Shown here: positions 38,870 to 53,307 of the stretch, piece after piece
How the letters are laid out: each line of letters starts with the position of its first letter
How positions within the stretch are numbered: the first letter of the stretch is position 1
Origin: Eledone cirrhosa
Taxonomy: Eukaryota
Assembly: GCA_964016885.1 (NCBI GenBank)
Contig: OZ024743.1
Coordinates: 89,962,001-90,026,000 of the forward strand
Direction: 5' to 3'
DNA: 64,000 nt
Made by a program: the position numbers and the translations under genes
Notes under the pieces: generated by a model
What the model was told of the DNA's origin: nothing
The model's database searches: none
What the model saw: the letters and a program-made list of their open reading frames with translations, nothing else

Positions 38870-41710
38870 GTGTCTGTGTGTGTGTGTGTGTGTGTATGTA
38901 AGAAGTGTTGGGTGGGGTGTCTGTGTGTGTGTGTGTATGTAGGAAGTTGTGGGGTGTGGTGTCTGTGTGTGTGTGTGTATGTAGGAAGTGTGTGGGGTGT
39001 GGTGTGTGTGTGTGTATGTAGGAAGTGTGTGGGGTGCGGTGTGTGTGTGTAGGAAGTGTGTGTGTGTGTGTAGGAAGTGTGTGGGGTGCGGTGTGTGTGT
39101 GTATGTAGGAGGTGTGTGGGGTGAGGTGTGTGTGTGTGTGTGTAGGAAGTGTGTGGGGTGAGGTGTGTGTGTGTGTGTGTAGGAAGTGTGTGGGGTGAGG
39201 TGTGTGTGTGTGTATGTAGGAAGTGTGTGGGGTGAGGTGTGTGTGTGTGTGTAGGAAGTGTGTGGGGTGCGGTGTGTGTGTGTATGTAGGAAGTGTGTGG
39301 GGTGTGGTGTGTGTGTGTGTATGTAGGAAGTGTGTGGGGTGCGGTGTGTGTGTGTATGTGTATGTAGGAAGTGTGTGTGGTGTGTGTGTGTATGTAGGAA
39401 GTGTGTGGGGTGCGGTGTGTATGTAGGAAGTGTGTGGGGTGCGATGTGTGTGTGTGTAGGAAGTGTGTGTGGTGTGTGTGTGTGTGTATGTAGGAAGTGT
39501 GTGGGGTGCGGTGTGTGTGTGTGTTGGAAGTGTGTGGGTGGGTGTGTGTGTGTGTGTAGGAAGTGTGTTGGGTGCGGTGTGTGTGTGTATGTAGGAAGTG
39601 TGTGGGATGTGGTGTGTGTGTGTGTATGTAGGAAGTGTGTGGGGTGCGGTGTGTGTGTGTGTGTAGGAAGTATGTGGGAAGGAAGTGTGTGTGTGTGTGT
39701 GTGTAGGAAGTGTCTGGGGGTGCGGTGTGTGTGTGTGTGTATGTAGGAAGTGTGTGGGGTGCGGTGTGTGTGTGTTTGTGTGTGTGTGTAGGAAGTGTGT
39801 GGGGTGGTGTGTGTGTGGGGGTGTATGTAGGAAGTGTGTGGGGTGCGGTGTGTATTTAGGAAGTGTGTGGGGTGCGGTGTGTGTGTGTAGGAAGTGTGTG
39901 TGTGTGTGTGTGTGTGTGTGTAGGAAGTGTGTGGGGTGCGGTGTGTGTGTGTATGTAGGAAGTGTGTGGGGTGAGGTGTGTGTGTGTGTGTGTAGGAAGT
40001 GTGTGGGGTGCGGTGTGTGTGTGTGTGTAGGAAGTGTGTGGGGTGCGGTGTGTGTGTGTGTATGTAGAAAGTGTGTTGGGTGCGGTGTGTGTGTGTGTGT
40101 ATGTAGAAAGTGTGTTGGGTGCGGTGTGTGTGTGTGTATGTAGGAAGTGTGTGGGGTGCGGTGTGTGTGTATGTAGGAAGTGTGTTGGGTGCGGTGTGTG
40201 TGTGTGTATGTAGGAAGTGTGTTGGGTGCGGTGTGTGTGTGTATGTATGTAGTGTGTGGGGTGCGGTGTGTGTGTGTGTATGTAGGAAGTGTGTGGGGTG
40301 TGGTGTGTGTGTATGTAGGAAGTGTGTGGGGTGCGGTGTGTGTGTGTGTATGTAGGAAGTGTGTTGGGTGTGGTGTGTGTGTGTGTATGTATGTAGTGTG
40401 TGGGGTGCGGTGTGTGTGTGTATGTAGGAAGTGTGTGGGGTGCGGTGTGTGTGTGTGTATGTATGTAGTGTGTGGGGTGCGGTGTGTGTGTGTGTATGTA
40501 GGAAGTGTGTGGGGTGCGGTGTGTGTGTGTGTATGTAGGAAGTGTGTGGGGTGCGGTGTGTGTGTGTGTATGTAGGAAGTGTGTTGGGTGCGGTGTGTGT
40601 GTGTATGTAGAAAGTGTGTTGGGTGCGGTGTGTGTGTGTGTATGTAGGAAGTGTGTTGGGTGCGGTGTGTGTGTGTGTATGTAGGAAGTGTGTGTGGTGC
40701 GGTGTGTGTGTGTGTATGTAGGAAGTGTGTGGGGTGCGGTGTGTGTGTGTGTATGCAGGAAGTGTGTTGGGTGCGGTGTGTGTGTGTGTATGTAGGAAGT
40801 GTGTGGGGTGCGGTGTGTGTGTGTGTATGTATGTAGTGTGTGGGGTGCGGTGTGTGTGTGTGTATGTAGGAAGTGTGTGGGGTGCGGTGTGTGTGTGTGT
40901 ATGTAGGAAGTGTGTTGGGTGCGGTGTGTGTGTGTGTATGTAGGAAGTGTGTGGGGTGCGGTGTGTGTGTGTGTATGTAGGAAGTGTGTTGGGTGCGGTG
41001 TGTGTGTGTGTATGTAGGAAGTGTGTGGGGTGCGGTGTGTGTGTGTGTATGTAGGATGTGTGTGGGGTGCGGTGTGTGTGTGTGTATGTAGGAAGTGTGT
41101 TGGGTGCGGTGTGTGTGTGTATGTAGAAAGTGTGTTGGGTGCGGTGTGTGTGTGTGTATGTAGGAAGTGTGTTGGGTGCGGTGTGTGTGTGTGTATGTAG
41201 GAAGTGTGTTGGGTGCGGTGTGTGTGTGTGTATGTAGGAAGTGTGTGGGGTGCGGTGTGTGTGTGTGTATGTATGTAGTGTGTGGGGTGCGGTGTGTGTG
41301 TGTGTATGCAGGAAGTGTGTTGGGTGCGGTGTGTGTGTGTGTATGTAGGAAGTGTGTGGGGTGCGGTGTGTGTGTGTGTATGTATGTAGTGTGTGGGGTG
41401 CGGTGTGTGTGTGTGTATGTAGGAAGTGTGTGGGGTGCGGTGTGTGTGTGTGTATGTAGGAAGTGTGTTGGGTGCGGTGTGTGTGTGTGTATGTAGGAAG
41501 TGTGTGGGGTGCGGTGTGTGTGTGTGTATGTAGGAAGTGTGTTGGGTGCGGTGTGTGTGTGTGTATGTAGGAAGTGTGTGGGGTGCGGTGTGTGTGTGTG
41601 TATGTAGGAAGTGTGTTGGGTGCGGTGTGTGTGTGCGTATGTAGGAAGTGTGTGGGGTGCGGTGTGTGTGTGCGTATGTAGGAAGTGTGTGGGGTGCGGT
41701 GTGTGTGTCT
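38870..41710. repeat. ~37-bp G/T-rich minisatellite (taggaagtgtgtggggtgcggtgtgtgtgtgtgtatg)
   Basis: Visible tandem array. The 37-aa periodicity of the spurious minus-strand ORFs equals three units. Confidence 0.95.
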
Positions 41711-42160
41711 GGCAACTAATATTACAAACCATCTGTTTGCAATTCATGAATTTGCAATCATAACTATCAGACACAACCACCCATACAGATGACACTCACA
41801 CACACATATACCTATATATATATACACTCACACACACACTCACTCACACATACACCTATATATATACACACACACACTCACTCACATATACCTTTATATA
41901 TATACACACATACACACACACACACACACACTTTCTCACACATATACCTATATATATATACACACACACACACTCTCACACATATACCTATATATATATA
42001 CACACACACATACACACACACTCCCTCACACATATACTTATATACACACACACACACACTCACGGACACATATACCTATATATATATATATACACACACA
42101 TACACACACACTCACTCACACATATACTTATATACACACACACACACTCACACATATACC

Positions 42161-42198
<38 letters not shown>

Positions 42199-42501
42199 TA
42201 TACCTATATATATATACACACTCACACATACACACACACACATTCACTCACTCACACATATACCTATATATATATATATACACATACACACACACACACT
42301 CACACACATACGCACACACAGCCACATGCGCACATATACGTTAATGTGTGTGTTTGTGTATGCGCGCGCAAGTGTGTGTGTGTGAATCAATTTCTGCGTG
42401 AGTGCATGTTTATGTATGTATGAATGTGTGTGGGAATGTGTGTGAATGAATGAGTATGTGTGCGTGCGTATGTATGTGTGTGAATGTGTGTGTATGCGCG
42501 C

Positions 42502-42544
<43 letters not shown>

Positions 42545-42691
42545 AGACAAAGATATGGAAGACCGTACGAAGACGGAGATTGCTAACTCCCTGTGGAAAG
42601 TGACCTCCCCCCTCCTCTCCCCATCGTTCTATCCCCACCCCCCTCCCTACCTCACCCACCACCCATTAAAAAATCCGAAATGTAATTGTTG

Positions 42692-42705
42692 CTTACTACT
42701 ACTGT

Positions 42706-42739
<34 letters not shown>

Positions 42740-42780
42740 GCTGCTACTACTACTACTACCACTACTACTACTACTACTGT

Positions 42781-42814
<34 letters not shown>

Positions 42815-42815
42815 G

Positions 42816-42855
<40 letters not shown>

Positions 42856-42895
42856 CACTACTACTACTACCAGTCGATACTAATACTACTACTAT

Positions 42896-42929
<34 letters not shown>

Positions 42930-43205
42930 GCTACTACTACTACTACTACTGCCACTACTACTACTACTACTACTACTGCTACTACTACTACTACTACTAC
43001 TACCACTACTTCTACTACTGCTACTACTACTACTACTGCTACTACTACTACTACTACTACTACTACTGCTGCTACTACTGCTACTACTGCTACTACTACT
43101 ACCACCAGTCGATACTAATACTACTACTATTACTACTACTACTATTACTACTGCTACTACTACTGCTACTACTACTGCTACTACTACTACTACTACTACT
43201 GCTGC

Positions 43206-43240
<35 letters not shown>

Positions 43241-43305
43241 GTCGATACTAATACTACTACTATTACTACTACTACTACTACTACTACTACTGCTACTACT
43301 ATTGC

Positions 43306-43337
<32 letters not shown>

Positions 43338-43360
43338 GTCGATACTAATACTACTACTAT

Positions 43361-43391
<31 letters not shown>

Positions 43392-43524
43392 GCTACTACT
43401 GCTACTACTACTACTACTACTACTACTACTGCTACTACTACTACTACTACTACTACTACTGCTACTACTACTGCTACTACTACTACTACTACTACTACTG
43501 CTGCTACTACTACTACTACTACTG

Positions 43525-43560
<36 letters not shown>

Positions 43561-43696
43561 GTCGATACTAATACTACTACTATTACTACTACTACTACCA
43601 CCACCACCACCACCACTACAGTCGCTACTACTACTACTACTACAACTACTACAACTACTACCACTACCACTACCACTACTACTACTACTACTACTC
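42692..43696. repeat. (CTA)n array with a recurring ccagtcgatactaatac interruption
   Basis: The interruption occurs five times, at about 42870, 43105, 43238, 43335 and 43558. Confidence 0.92.
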
Positions 43697-44378
43697 ATGT
43701 GATACTCCAGGAAAATGTCAAGTGATGTCATGGATAAGCGATGGATAATTCAGACTGAAGTTCAAACCGGTTCCCACTTTATTTACCATTTTATCTCGCT
43801 GATAATTTCATTTGACATTAGATTTCTCCAAATATTTACTTTCAGTGAGGCGTAGAAGGGCGAGATTAATATTTGACTGTGAAACTTAGCGTGAACACTC
43901 AGCTGAACATGCTAGACATTCCACTTGTTATAAAAAAGACTCTTAATTTGGCTATTTAAACAACCTTAATAAACCAAATGAGAAATGGGACGTCCGTCCC
44001 CACTAGTTGACCCCAATACAAGTATTCAGGGTTTTATAATATAAACCTATATGCACATACATACATACACACACAAATATACATACATATATGTATGTAT
44101 ATATATATATCTCGTTCACTATTTCACCGAACTTAAATTCATAGAAATCTGGGACTTGTCTCCTTCTTCCTCACTTTCTGTTGCCTCACCATTTTGTTTG
44201 TTTACCCTCGCGTCCCCTTTATTTACGTGTCCCAACGACTTTTTTTAGCCGTTGCTCGCACCAACCGGAGGTATATGGTCTTTAAAGCGATGAAATGCCT
44301 ATGATAGTTGGAAGATCACTGATGAAGGACAAACTTTTTTCATATGTAACCCATTTGCAACTCCGCAGCGCCCTTATT

Positions 44379-44472
<94 letters not shown>

Positions 44473-44599
44473 TGTATATTTTTATATATATATAATATAT
44501 ATATATATTATATATATATATATTATATATATATCCAGCGAACCTCAACCGATAAGGTTGTCTTTATGCGAGTATGTCAATATTTATAAAACAAATTTG

Positions 44600-44665
44600 T
44601 ATTTTATCTGATGAAAGCGCACCAAAATTTGCCTTCGTTTCCCTTGAAATATATATAATAAAATA
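44600..44665 (+). ncRNA. Minimal hammerhead motif in a solo PLE end (same family as 6810-6875)
   Basis: tattttat-CUGAUGA...GAAA-tatata-UA-ataaaata. Stem I is perfect and stem II has decayed. The downstream sequence matches 6876-6915. Confidence 0.6.
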
Positions 44666-45669
44666 ATTATGGTTTTATAAATATAGTTTCCATTTATTAA
44701 TATATCTGAGTTCAAATCCCACCGAGGTTAACTTTGCCTTTCATCCTTACGGGGTCGATAAAATAAAGTACCACTATCTTTCCATTGTCATAACATTCGC
44801 TATAAAGGCTACAGAATAGTTTTCCAAATAAGGGCGCAAAATGTAATGAAAACTTGTTCACGTGACAGCCAAATTTCATTTATAACCAATCAAATCACGT
44901 TTATTAAAAAAAAGCCTTCGTGAGCCACCTTTTTTTAAAGTAAAGAAATTCAAACACACACACAACACACACACACACACACACAAGCACACAAATAAAC
45001 ATACATATCTTTACTTTCTTTATTCAATAGAAAATCTGAATTCTGACACCCCAGCGAACTAACCATATTCACTGAACCAGAACAATTCTCCCATCCCTTT
45101 CTCTTGACCATTATCTTTCACTTATCAAAAAATTCTCTAAAAAGGCTACAGAATGGATTTCCAAATAAGGGCACAAAAATTTAACGAAAACTTGTTCACG
45201 TGACAGCCATAATTTCATTTATAACCAACCAAAAAAAAGCCTTCGTGAGCCTCCTTTTTTCAAGTAAAAAGAAATTCAAACACTCATATATGAAAAAACA
45301 ACCTGTGAACCCCCCCCCCCCCCCCCCTGTTTGGAGAACTTTGTAACGCGAACTGGCGCGAAATTTATTATAATTATTGACCAACCAATCAAATTACTTC
45401 TCGAAAAACCTGGCATTTCGAGCCACTTTTTCCATATAAAACAAGTAACATTCAGAGACCAACCAGATGTGAGAAAAACCACAGACCCTCCATCTCAACT
45501 CACCTTTTGAAAAGCAGAAGAACTGCGAAACCGGTAAAGGAACCAAATAAATATATATATTTTTTTAAAAAATAAGACTCCAGTTGCATTTTCGATTTCA
45601 TCTCTTTTTCTTTATACTTTCACTCGTGTAGGACACCGGTTATTTTTCATTTTGTAAAAAAAACCTCAC

Positions 45670-45702
<33 letters not shown>

Positions 45703-45964
45703 CAAAATTAATATAAATCAAAATGAATTTAATCTAAATCAAAATTATGGGTGTCATGCCAGAAAGGCATGCGCCATATCACCCATAAAATAAGCTCCAA
45801 GAACGAATAGGTCCGAGCATTTTATAACAACTAGAAATTGATTAACATATAAATAAACATATGAAACAATCACAGGGGATAATTTTTACAAGTGTGTAAA
45901 AATTATCCCCTGTGATTGTTTCATATGTTTAATTATACGTTAATCAATTTCTAGTTGTTATGTG

Positions 45965-46053
<89 letters not shown>

Positions 46054-46070
46054 GTATATATATATATGTG

Positions 46071-46101
<31 letters not shown>

Positions 46102-47859
46102 GTATATGTATATATATATGTATATATATATATGTATATGTATATATATATATATGTAAAAATCATTTTCTATTCAGCACGGAGTATATTTTAAATATCC
46201 ATTGTTAATAAATCCAAAAGTTTGAGAAGATTTTCGTTGTCAAATAACTTTAATGAGAAGCTATAAGAAAGAACATCAATATAAATATGCAATAAATGAT
46301 AAATATTTGATCAATGTATGATAAGATATAGGATAGGTAAGGTAATGGACGCTTAACTCTCCGGGAAGTCGTAGGGGCACACGGCGTATCTTGGACATTC
46401 TAAACCTGGCAGGTTTTCCCATCCTTCCCGCCAAGTCTAAACACAGTTCATTTATTCCAGAGAAGGCGAGGAAGTGAGAAAGAGACATAGAGAAAGAATT
46501 GACACTAGTACTGGACTGCTACATTCTAACAACTCTTACAATTCGCCGCCATGTAACATTTATGTGTTCGATAAAAATAGATAGCTATTGTTATTTAGCT
46601 AGAAAGCATTCTAACGAGGTTTACGCATTTTTAACTATTTGCTATTTAGTCGTATTGATACTGTTTTTACTGCAATTATCTGTAAGATTCAACTCTATAG
46701 AGTACCAATCATCTAATATCTAATATTTTATCTGCCCCCTCGTTAGAATGTCAAACAATTATTTCTGATACTACGACAATGAAATATAGAATAGGTTTGA
46801 TAAAAGGGCTCTTGACTCTTAATGGAGTGGTGGGGATCGCCGTCCTGACGCCAAGTGTGTTTTGGGCATTTCAAACCTAGCAGAACTCATCTACCTCCAG
46901 GTCGGAACACACAACCGATTTCTTCCATAGAGACAGTGAAGAATCGACCTCAGCACTACCACCTATCACATCAGCCAACTATTCACTTTGGTCACCAATC
47001 AATAACTACAATGTAACCAGCCACCCCAGCCCAGCCAATCATTCTAGCCACCAACCTGTCACTCCAGCTAAATCAGTAAACCCAGCCAGCCATCCATTCT
47101 CTTCACCAACTAATAACTCTAACCACCACCCAGTCACACCATCTTAACCAATCACTCCAACCCAACCAGTCACTCTTCTCACCAACAGTCACTAAGCTGT
47201 CACTCCAACTACCAAGCAGTAACTCCTACTTATCCAATGTCTCCACCATAACCATTAACTCTAACCAAACCAATCAGTCCAAACATCCACTATATTCAAC
47301 TTCAATATAAACTTCCTTTGCTATAAATAATTCTATAAATACTTCCAACTAAAATAAAATGTCGTCTTTTACATTACAGTTTGTTTACAATGTGACTGCC
47401 ATCTTCCCAAATACATTTCCTTTACTTCAAAATTAAATTATAGCTAGACAGAATTTAAATTGATATTTCTGTATCGATCATATTATATGTAGCTTTAGTT
47501 ATTTTCTCTTTTTAGTTTTCAGTTTGTTTTTCTTTTAACTTTCATAATTTTCATCTCACATTACTCAAGGCATTATTTGTCATTGTTATAACAGCTTTCT
47601 TTCTTTCTATGTGTACGTATGTATATATGATATGTATATAGATGTATGTGTGTGTGTATTGTATGTATATATATATATATAAAATATATATATATATATA
47701 TATATAAACAACGGCTAAAATATGACAGCGGGACACATCCTAAAAATATGTCTTGCAATAATGTGACATTTGTAATAATAATGTTCGCATCCTGTTGCAT
47801 TTGTTGGTACACTGGTAAATGTAGTGCGTTTCTCGGATGAAATACAATTTGTTTATATG

Positions 47860-47984
<125 letters not shown>

Positions 47985-48198
47985 TATTTACGTATCGAGA
48001 GAGAAAAAAAGGGGATCATAGGTGATACATATAGTTATTTGCCAAGTAGCGTATGCCAAAGGTGTTCGATACTAGTGCCGGCAGTATTAAATATTCGAAG
48101 TGTTAATATTTAGTGGGCTAGAGAGTTAGCAGAGCGTAAGCACGTGGGAAAGTAAGAAATCGGAGAATAGACCGTTAAAACATGTTTATTTAAAACAG

Positions 48199-48238
48199 CA
48201 CCTACGTACGTTTCGCCCAGTTGGGCTTCTCAAGGGCA
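48199..48238 (-). ncRNA. Minimal hammerhead-like motif (U3:A8 core UUGAGAA)
   Basis: tgccc-UUGAGAA-gccca(ac)tgggc-GAAAC-gtac-GUA-ggtg, with palindromic stem III acgtacgt. Confidence 0.55.
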
Positions 48239-49144
48239 TAAATAACCAAAAGTGTTCCTTACATTGCTCGGAAAGAGTTTTGGGGGTTAAATTCACGTCA
48301 AGGTTCATTGCTCGCAAAAATAGCTTGTTTTGATTTTGCAGCAGGTCAAGGGGGGTAACTCTGGCCGGTGTTAGGGCAGTCTTTCCCGGACAAATTTTTA
48401 TCCGTTACAAGATGAGGTTACAACCTTACCATTGTCGATACGCACAGGGTCAAGTAACCAACGCTTATTTTGAGATGTTTGTTTTCCGCACCTGTTTGTC
48501 TGGGTCGTTTCAGGCTGGGTCTGGTATGCACGGTTAGTTTCCTGGGTGTTATTTTGCAGCGCCTGCCCGCCGGGGTGTTAAAACTTGTTGCAGGGAGATC
48601 CGGTGCACGGTTTCACTCCTCATCCTTAACCCATCTGAAGAAGGATATTTTTAAGCGATGTGTACAACTTATCGCTGATAAGAGGGTCAGATACCCCAGT
48701 GAGAGAATTACGACAGATCCACACAATGATCACGTCTCGAGCTGTCCGCCGGCGAAACAATTGTAACACACAATAAATTGAGTTCAGATGCATCACTGAT
48801 TTTTAGTTTTCTATTCTATCATACTCTGTTCTGTAAGAGCATAGAGTGTTCAACCGCCATACCGCCTATGGAAGCATATTAGCTACCATCAGACACACAC
48901 ACATATATATATTAATCTTAATCTTAAGTCTATCTTAAGTCTACGTTGATGATATAAACATCGTAGTAAAAACACCCCCAGTAGATAACAGTCAGGAATT
49001 AGAGAAAAACACAATGGAAAGCATCCAGCAAATAGCTAACTCCATCCACCAGAGTATTAGAGTTATTATAGACTACCCAAGCAAACACCCAATCATCGAT
49101 TACCTGTACTAGACACAAAGCTCTGGTTAGATACCATTAATAAC

Positions 49145-49306
49145 TAGAGGGTCGGACGCCATGCTTTCCAGCATAGTTACGTCCCTTTACGATCTGAGTT
49201 CAAATCCCGCCGAGGTTGACTTTGCCTTTCATCCTTACGGGGTCGATAAAATAAAGTACCAGTAATGCACATGGTAATTGCTGGCCTTGTGCCTAAAGTA
49301 GAAACA
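49145..49306 (+). mobile_element. 5'-truncated Nin-domain SINE inserted into the PLE RT
   Basis: Flanked by the 9-bp direct repeat attaataac (49136-49144 and 49307-49315). Confidence 0.85.
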
Positions 49307-49562
49307 ATTAATAACAAAAAACAAATCCTCCATTCCCATTATGTCAAACCCATGACTTCCAAATATCTGATCCTCCGAAACTCAGCTGTTTCGGACCATA
49401 CCAAAATCAACATACTGATTGCGGATTTGGTACGGCTGATGAGAAACGTGTCCCGCATGTGCAACCCAGAAGAACTAGAGAGACACATACAACACTTCAT
49501 CCACCGTATGCAGTTCTCTGGTTACAATCAGAGAGATAAAAGCCAGAACCAAATGGGAAAAA

Positions 49563-50180
49563 ATGGTAAATAATGACACAAATGGGACCTGCCCCTTGTA
49601 TAGGAGCAAATTTTGGAATAAAATAGAAAGAACTAAGAATAAGGCTAATAGAATAAACTCATGGTATGATAGTAATAAATACCAGAGTGTAATGTTCATC
49701 GATACAACCCCTAGAGGTGAATTAGCTTACAAATTTAGAAGGGCCCTAGATAAACATAAACTCAATATTAAGATAGTAGAAAGACCAGGTACCTCCATAA
49801 AAACACTTATGAGCAAGACATACCCTTTTCAAAGACCTCAATGTATAGATAAGAAATGTATAATCTGCAAATTAAGCCCCCATATTAACTGTAAAACTAG
49901 AAATGTAGTATATAGCATAAGATGTACTGAAGGACAATGTAGAGATAAACATATAGTGTACATAGGTGAGACAGCTCGTAGTATAGGGGAACGGATAAAT
50001 GAACACTGGCGAGACCTTCAAGATAGTAAAGAATCATCTGTACTCTACGAACATGCTAAAATAGAACATAAGGGTAAATTAGAGAACATAGAAATAAAAA
50101 TAGAATCTACACACAGAAAAGACGCAATGTTTAGACAAATCACAGAGGCAATAAACATAAATGAACTCCAACCTAATTAA
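49563..50180 (+). pseudogene. PLE linker, Cys motif and GIY-YIG endonuclease
   Basis: 205-aa ORF with NVVYSIRC/YIGET motifs and RQITEAINI; it ends in a premature stop. Confidence 0.85.
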
Positions 50181-50425
50181 ATAGAAAACATGAGTGGAAC
50201 AGCAACATCACAACTTACAATTAAGGACAAAATGAAAACACACACGCACATAGAACAAACAACCAACCAGTAACATGTCAATAAACAAATAAATAAACAA
50301 ATATAAACACACACAGACACCCGGATGTAACACATGCGCAAACTAAGCACACAACACACACACACAAACAAGATGGCGTAGGACAGAACAAAGGAGAGGC
50401 ACAAAAACAAAGAAAAGAATCCCCA

Positions 50426-50468
50426 GTCACTGAAGAGGTCACAGAATGTGTGACGAAAGAACTTTGAC
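50426..50468 (+). ncRNA. Minimal type I hammerhead motif in PLE 3' UTR
   Basis: gtca-CUGAAGA-g-gtcaca(gaatg)tgtgac-GAAAG-aa-CUU-tgac. Confidence 0.65.
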
Positions 50469-50614
50469 AATATATAAACAATCATCTGGTTGTGGAATCA
50501 ACCAACCAACCGGAAATTTATAAATTCCTAAATTTATAAATTTATTATAATAAATTGAAATGAAAGCAACTGGTGCGTGTGTTTCTTATTGGCAACATGA
50601 CCCTCCCAAAGTAT

Positions 50615-50692
<78 letters not shown>

Positions 50693-50693
50693 G

Positions 50694-50725
<32 letters not shown>

Positions 50726-50751
50726 AAAATGGAACTGGAACAAAATACATA

Positions 50752-50901
<150 letters not shown>

Positions 50902-51334
50902 AACATATATATATATATAAACATTCTCACACACACATCGTCACATTGCACAGGCACACCCTCGCTCACACATCACCACACACGGATACTACCATGTACG
51001 TTTAAGAAAGAGAAGGAGAATGGGCTAAGAAAAACCAATGGTGTGTGTGATAGGGGGGGGGACAGAGAGGCTGGGAGACTGGGAGTCAGAGAAATAGAGG
51101 CACAGGCAGAAAGACAGGCAAAGATAGATAGGTATAGAGTGAGAGAAGAGGAGATGAAAAGAGAGAGAGCGTGACAGAGAGACAGAAAGACAGGCAAAGA
51201 CAGACAAACACAGAGAGAGAGGGAGAGATGGAAAGGGAGAGAGAGAGAAAGAGAAAAGGCGAGAGAGTGATCTTACAATACTCTTTTTCTTGATATTGAT
51301 AAACTGAACTGATCTTTTAAACCTAGTGATAAGA

Positions 51335-51655
51335 ATGGCGACATATTGGTAGAGTTGTTAGACCCTCCAATAGAATGTTTTGCGATATTCGTTTCGGCTC
51401 TGTGCTCTCTGAGTTAAATCCTACCGCCTTTCATCCATTTGAGGTCAATAAAAAAGTACCAGTCAAATAATGAGGTCAATTCTTCCTCTATATCTCTTTC
51501 TCACTTCCATTCTCTCACTTTCTATCCTTCTTTCGAAGAAATCTGCTGTATTCAGACCAGGAGAGGATTGGGCTCCGCCAGGTTTTAAAATACCCTAGAA
51601 ATGTTCTATGTCAATACGGCGCCCCTAAAACTCCCACAGGAGTTACGAGACCACG
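51335..51655 (+). mobile_element. Composite SINE (decayed copy)
   Basis: Colinear with 18890-19215. Confidence 0.6.
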
Positions 51656-51714
51656 CATGCATGTGACAGTAAATAGAGACGTAGCCACAGAAACTATGTT
51701 GTTCTAATTATATA

Positions 51715-52239
51715 TGAGGGGGCTTCAAAAAGTCCGTGGAAAAAGTACATAGCTAAAATTCATATGCAGATATTTTTATCTCAATGCACCTGTACGTTCT
51801 CGTACAAACGTGTCATAACATGTTTTAACGTGAACCCTTAAATGTATGTTACAACGCAGCGGTGCCATTTGCAAGTCAGCACCCACTTGAGCACCATGGC
51901 CTCTATCAAAACATCAAATTCATGGTGAAGCTAGGGTGGAAGTACAGCCAAATCATTGACGCTCTGGAGCAAGTTTATGGGGACAATTCCCCCAAAGAAA
52001 TCAATAACCTACAAATGGATAAGTTATTTTAGAAGTGGAAGAGATGAAGTTGAAGATGTAAAAAAAATCTGCTTTGACATGGTTTCAATCGCATGGCCCT
52101 CAGTTTTACACAGAGGCTGGTATTAACACTTGCAGAAGTGTATTGACCTAGATGGAGCATATGTTGAAAAATAAACATCATAACTTAAACCGTTTTTTTC
52201 CAACTGACCTTTTTCCATGAACTTCTTGAAACCCACTCG
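51715..52239 (+). mobile_element. Internally deleted mariner transposon
   Basis: TA|tgaggggcttcaaaaagt.c.tggaaaaag ... ctttttccatgaacttcttgaaacccactcg|TA. Peptide remnants IKFMVKLGW..SQIIDALEQVYGDNSP and QKCIDLDGAYVEK*. Confidence 0.85.
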
Positions 52240-53307
52240 TATCAACTAGTGAAGTTTGTTGTTAAAACTATGACTAGACCTTTCTATTTGTCTTATATTT
52301 GAGGAGGCGGCGAATTGACAGAGTTGTTAAGAGGCCTTACTCAAGGAATGGCTTTATACGATTCTTTCTGGGTTTCTCCGCTCTGAGTTTAAATCATGAT
52401 ACAAGTCAACTTCGCCGGGGTCGATAAAATAAAATACCAGTAATGTACTGGAATCGATATAATCGACTTTCCAAATTTGGAGGCTTGTGATTAGAAATCC
52501 TTATCTCTGAAGGGGTGACGAATTCACAAGGTATAAGAATGTTCTGAGTTCAAATCACGTCGAGGTCATTAATCGCTAAAATACCAGTCAAATACTGAGG
52601 TTGAGTCTTCTTCTATGTCACCTTCTAGCTTCCCTCTCGCACTCCTTCTCTCTAGACGAAATTGACTGTGTTCAAACTGGAGAGGATTTGGCTCTGTATA
52701 CCACGACGGCGCCCCTACGACTCCACCAGGAGCTCAGGTCTCATGGTCATGGTTATATCCGAGGACTAAGAAATACATCCATTCCTTTGACCCAGAACGG
52801 AGATCTAAGTATACCAGTTGGCATGGGCCTACGACTTTGAGGTGTCCTATTCACCATAATATCTAGTTATTTTATTCTGTCCTGTTATTTGTACGCGTGA
52901 AGCCGTGTGGTTTAGTGTTTAGGGTATTCGGCTTACGGTCGTGAATTCGACTCTTGGTGGTGCGTTATGTCCTTGAGTAAGGCCTATTTCACGTTTCTCC
53001 AGCCCACAGGGACTCCTAATGCCGGTACTTATCCCCTATTTCCTTGGTTTTAAGCAACTGAAAGTACAAGACATCGCAGATTAACCCCAGCTATTGGAGG
53101 TACTCACTCTCAGCTGAGTGCATTGGAGCAACGTGAAATGAACATGGCCTAGTGGTAAAGTTGTTGAACTTACGATCATAATGTCGTGGGTACGCTTCCT
53201 GATTGTGTTGCGTGTTGTGTTCTTCAGTATTTATTTATTAATCGCAGAAATTTATTATATATTTCATTTAAACTTACAAATCTGTATAAAACTCCAATCC
53301 TTTAATA

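Larger units (their letters stand above)
48940..50620 (+). mobile_element. 5'-truncated, frameshifted PLE of a second clade (possibly Nematis-like), ending in (TA)n
   Basis: YVDDINIVV, IANSIH..IRV..DYPS, LPVLD, HYVKPMTSKYLI; then CxxxxCxIC, NVVYSIRC...YIGETARS..ER..EH. HHR in the 3' UTR. Confidence 0.88.

Noticed and set aside
38820-41795. 991-aa and 619-aa His/Thr/Pro-rich ORFs
   Set aside because: They are translations of the stop-free strand of a 37-bp minisatellite. The unit is not a multiple of three and there is no domain signal.
42450-43676. Poly-Thr, poly-Leu and poly-Ser ORFs
   Set aside because: They are (CTA)n translations, open in several frames and on both strands.
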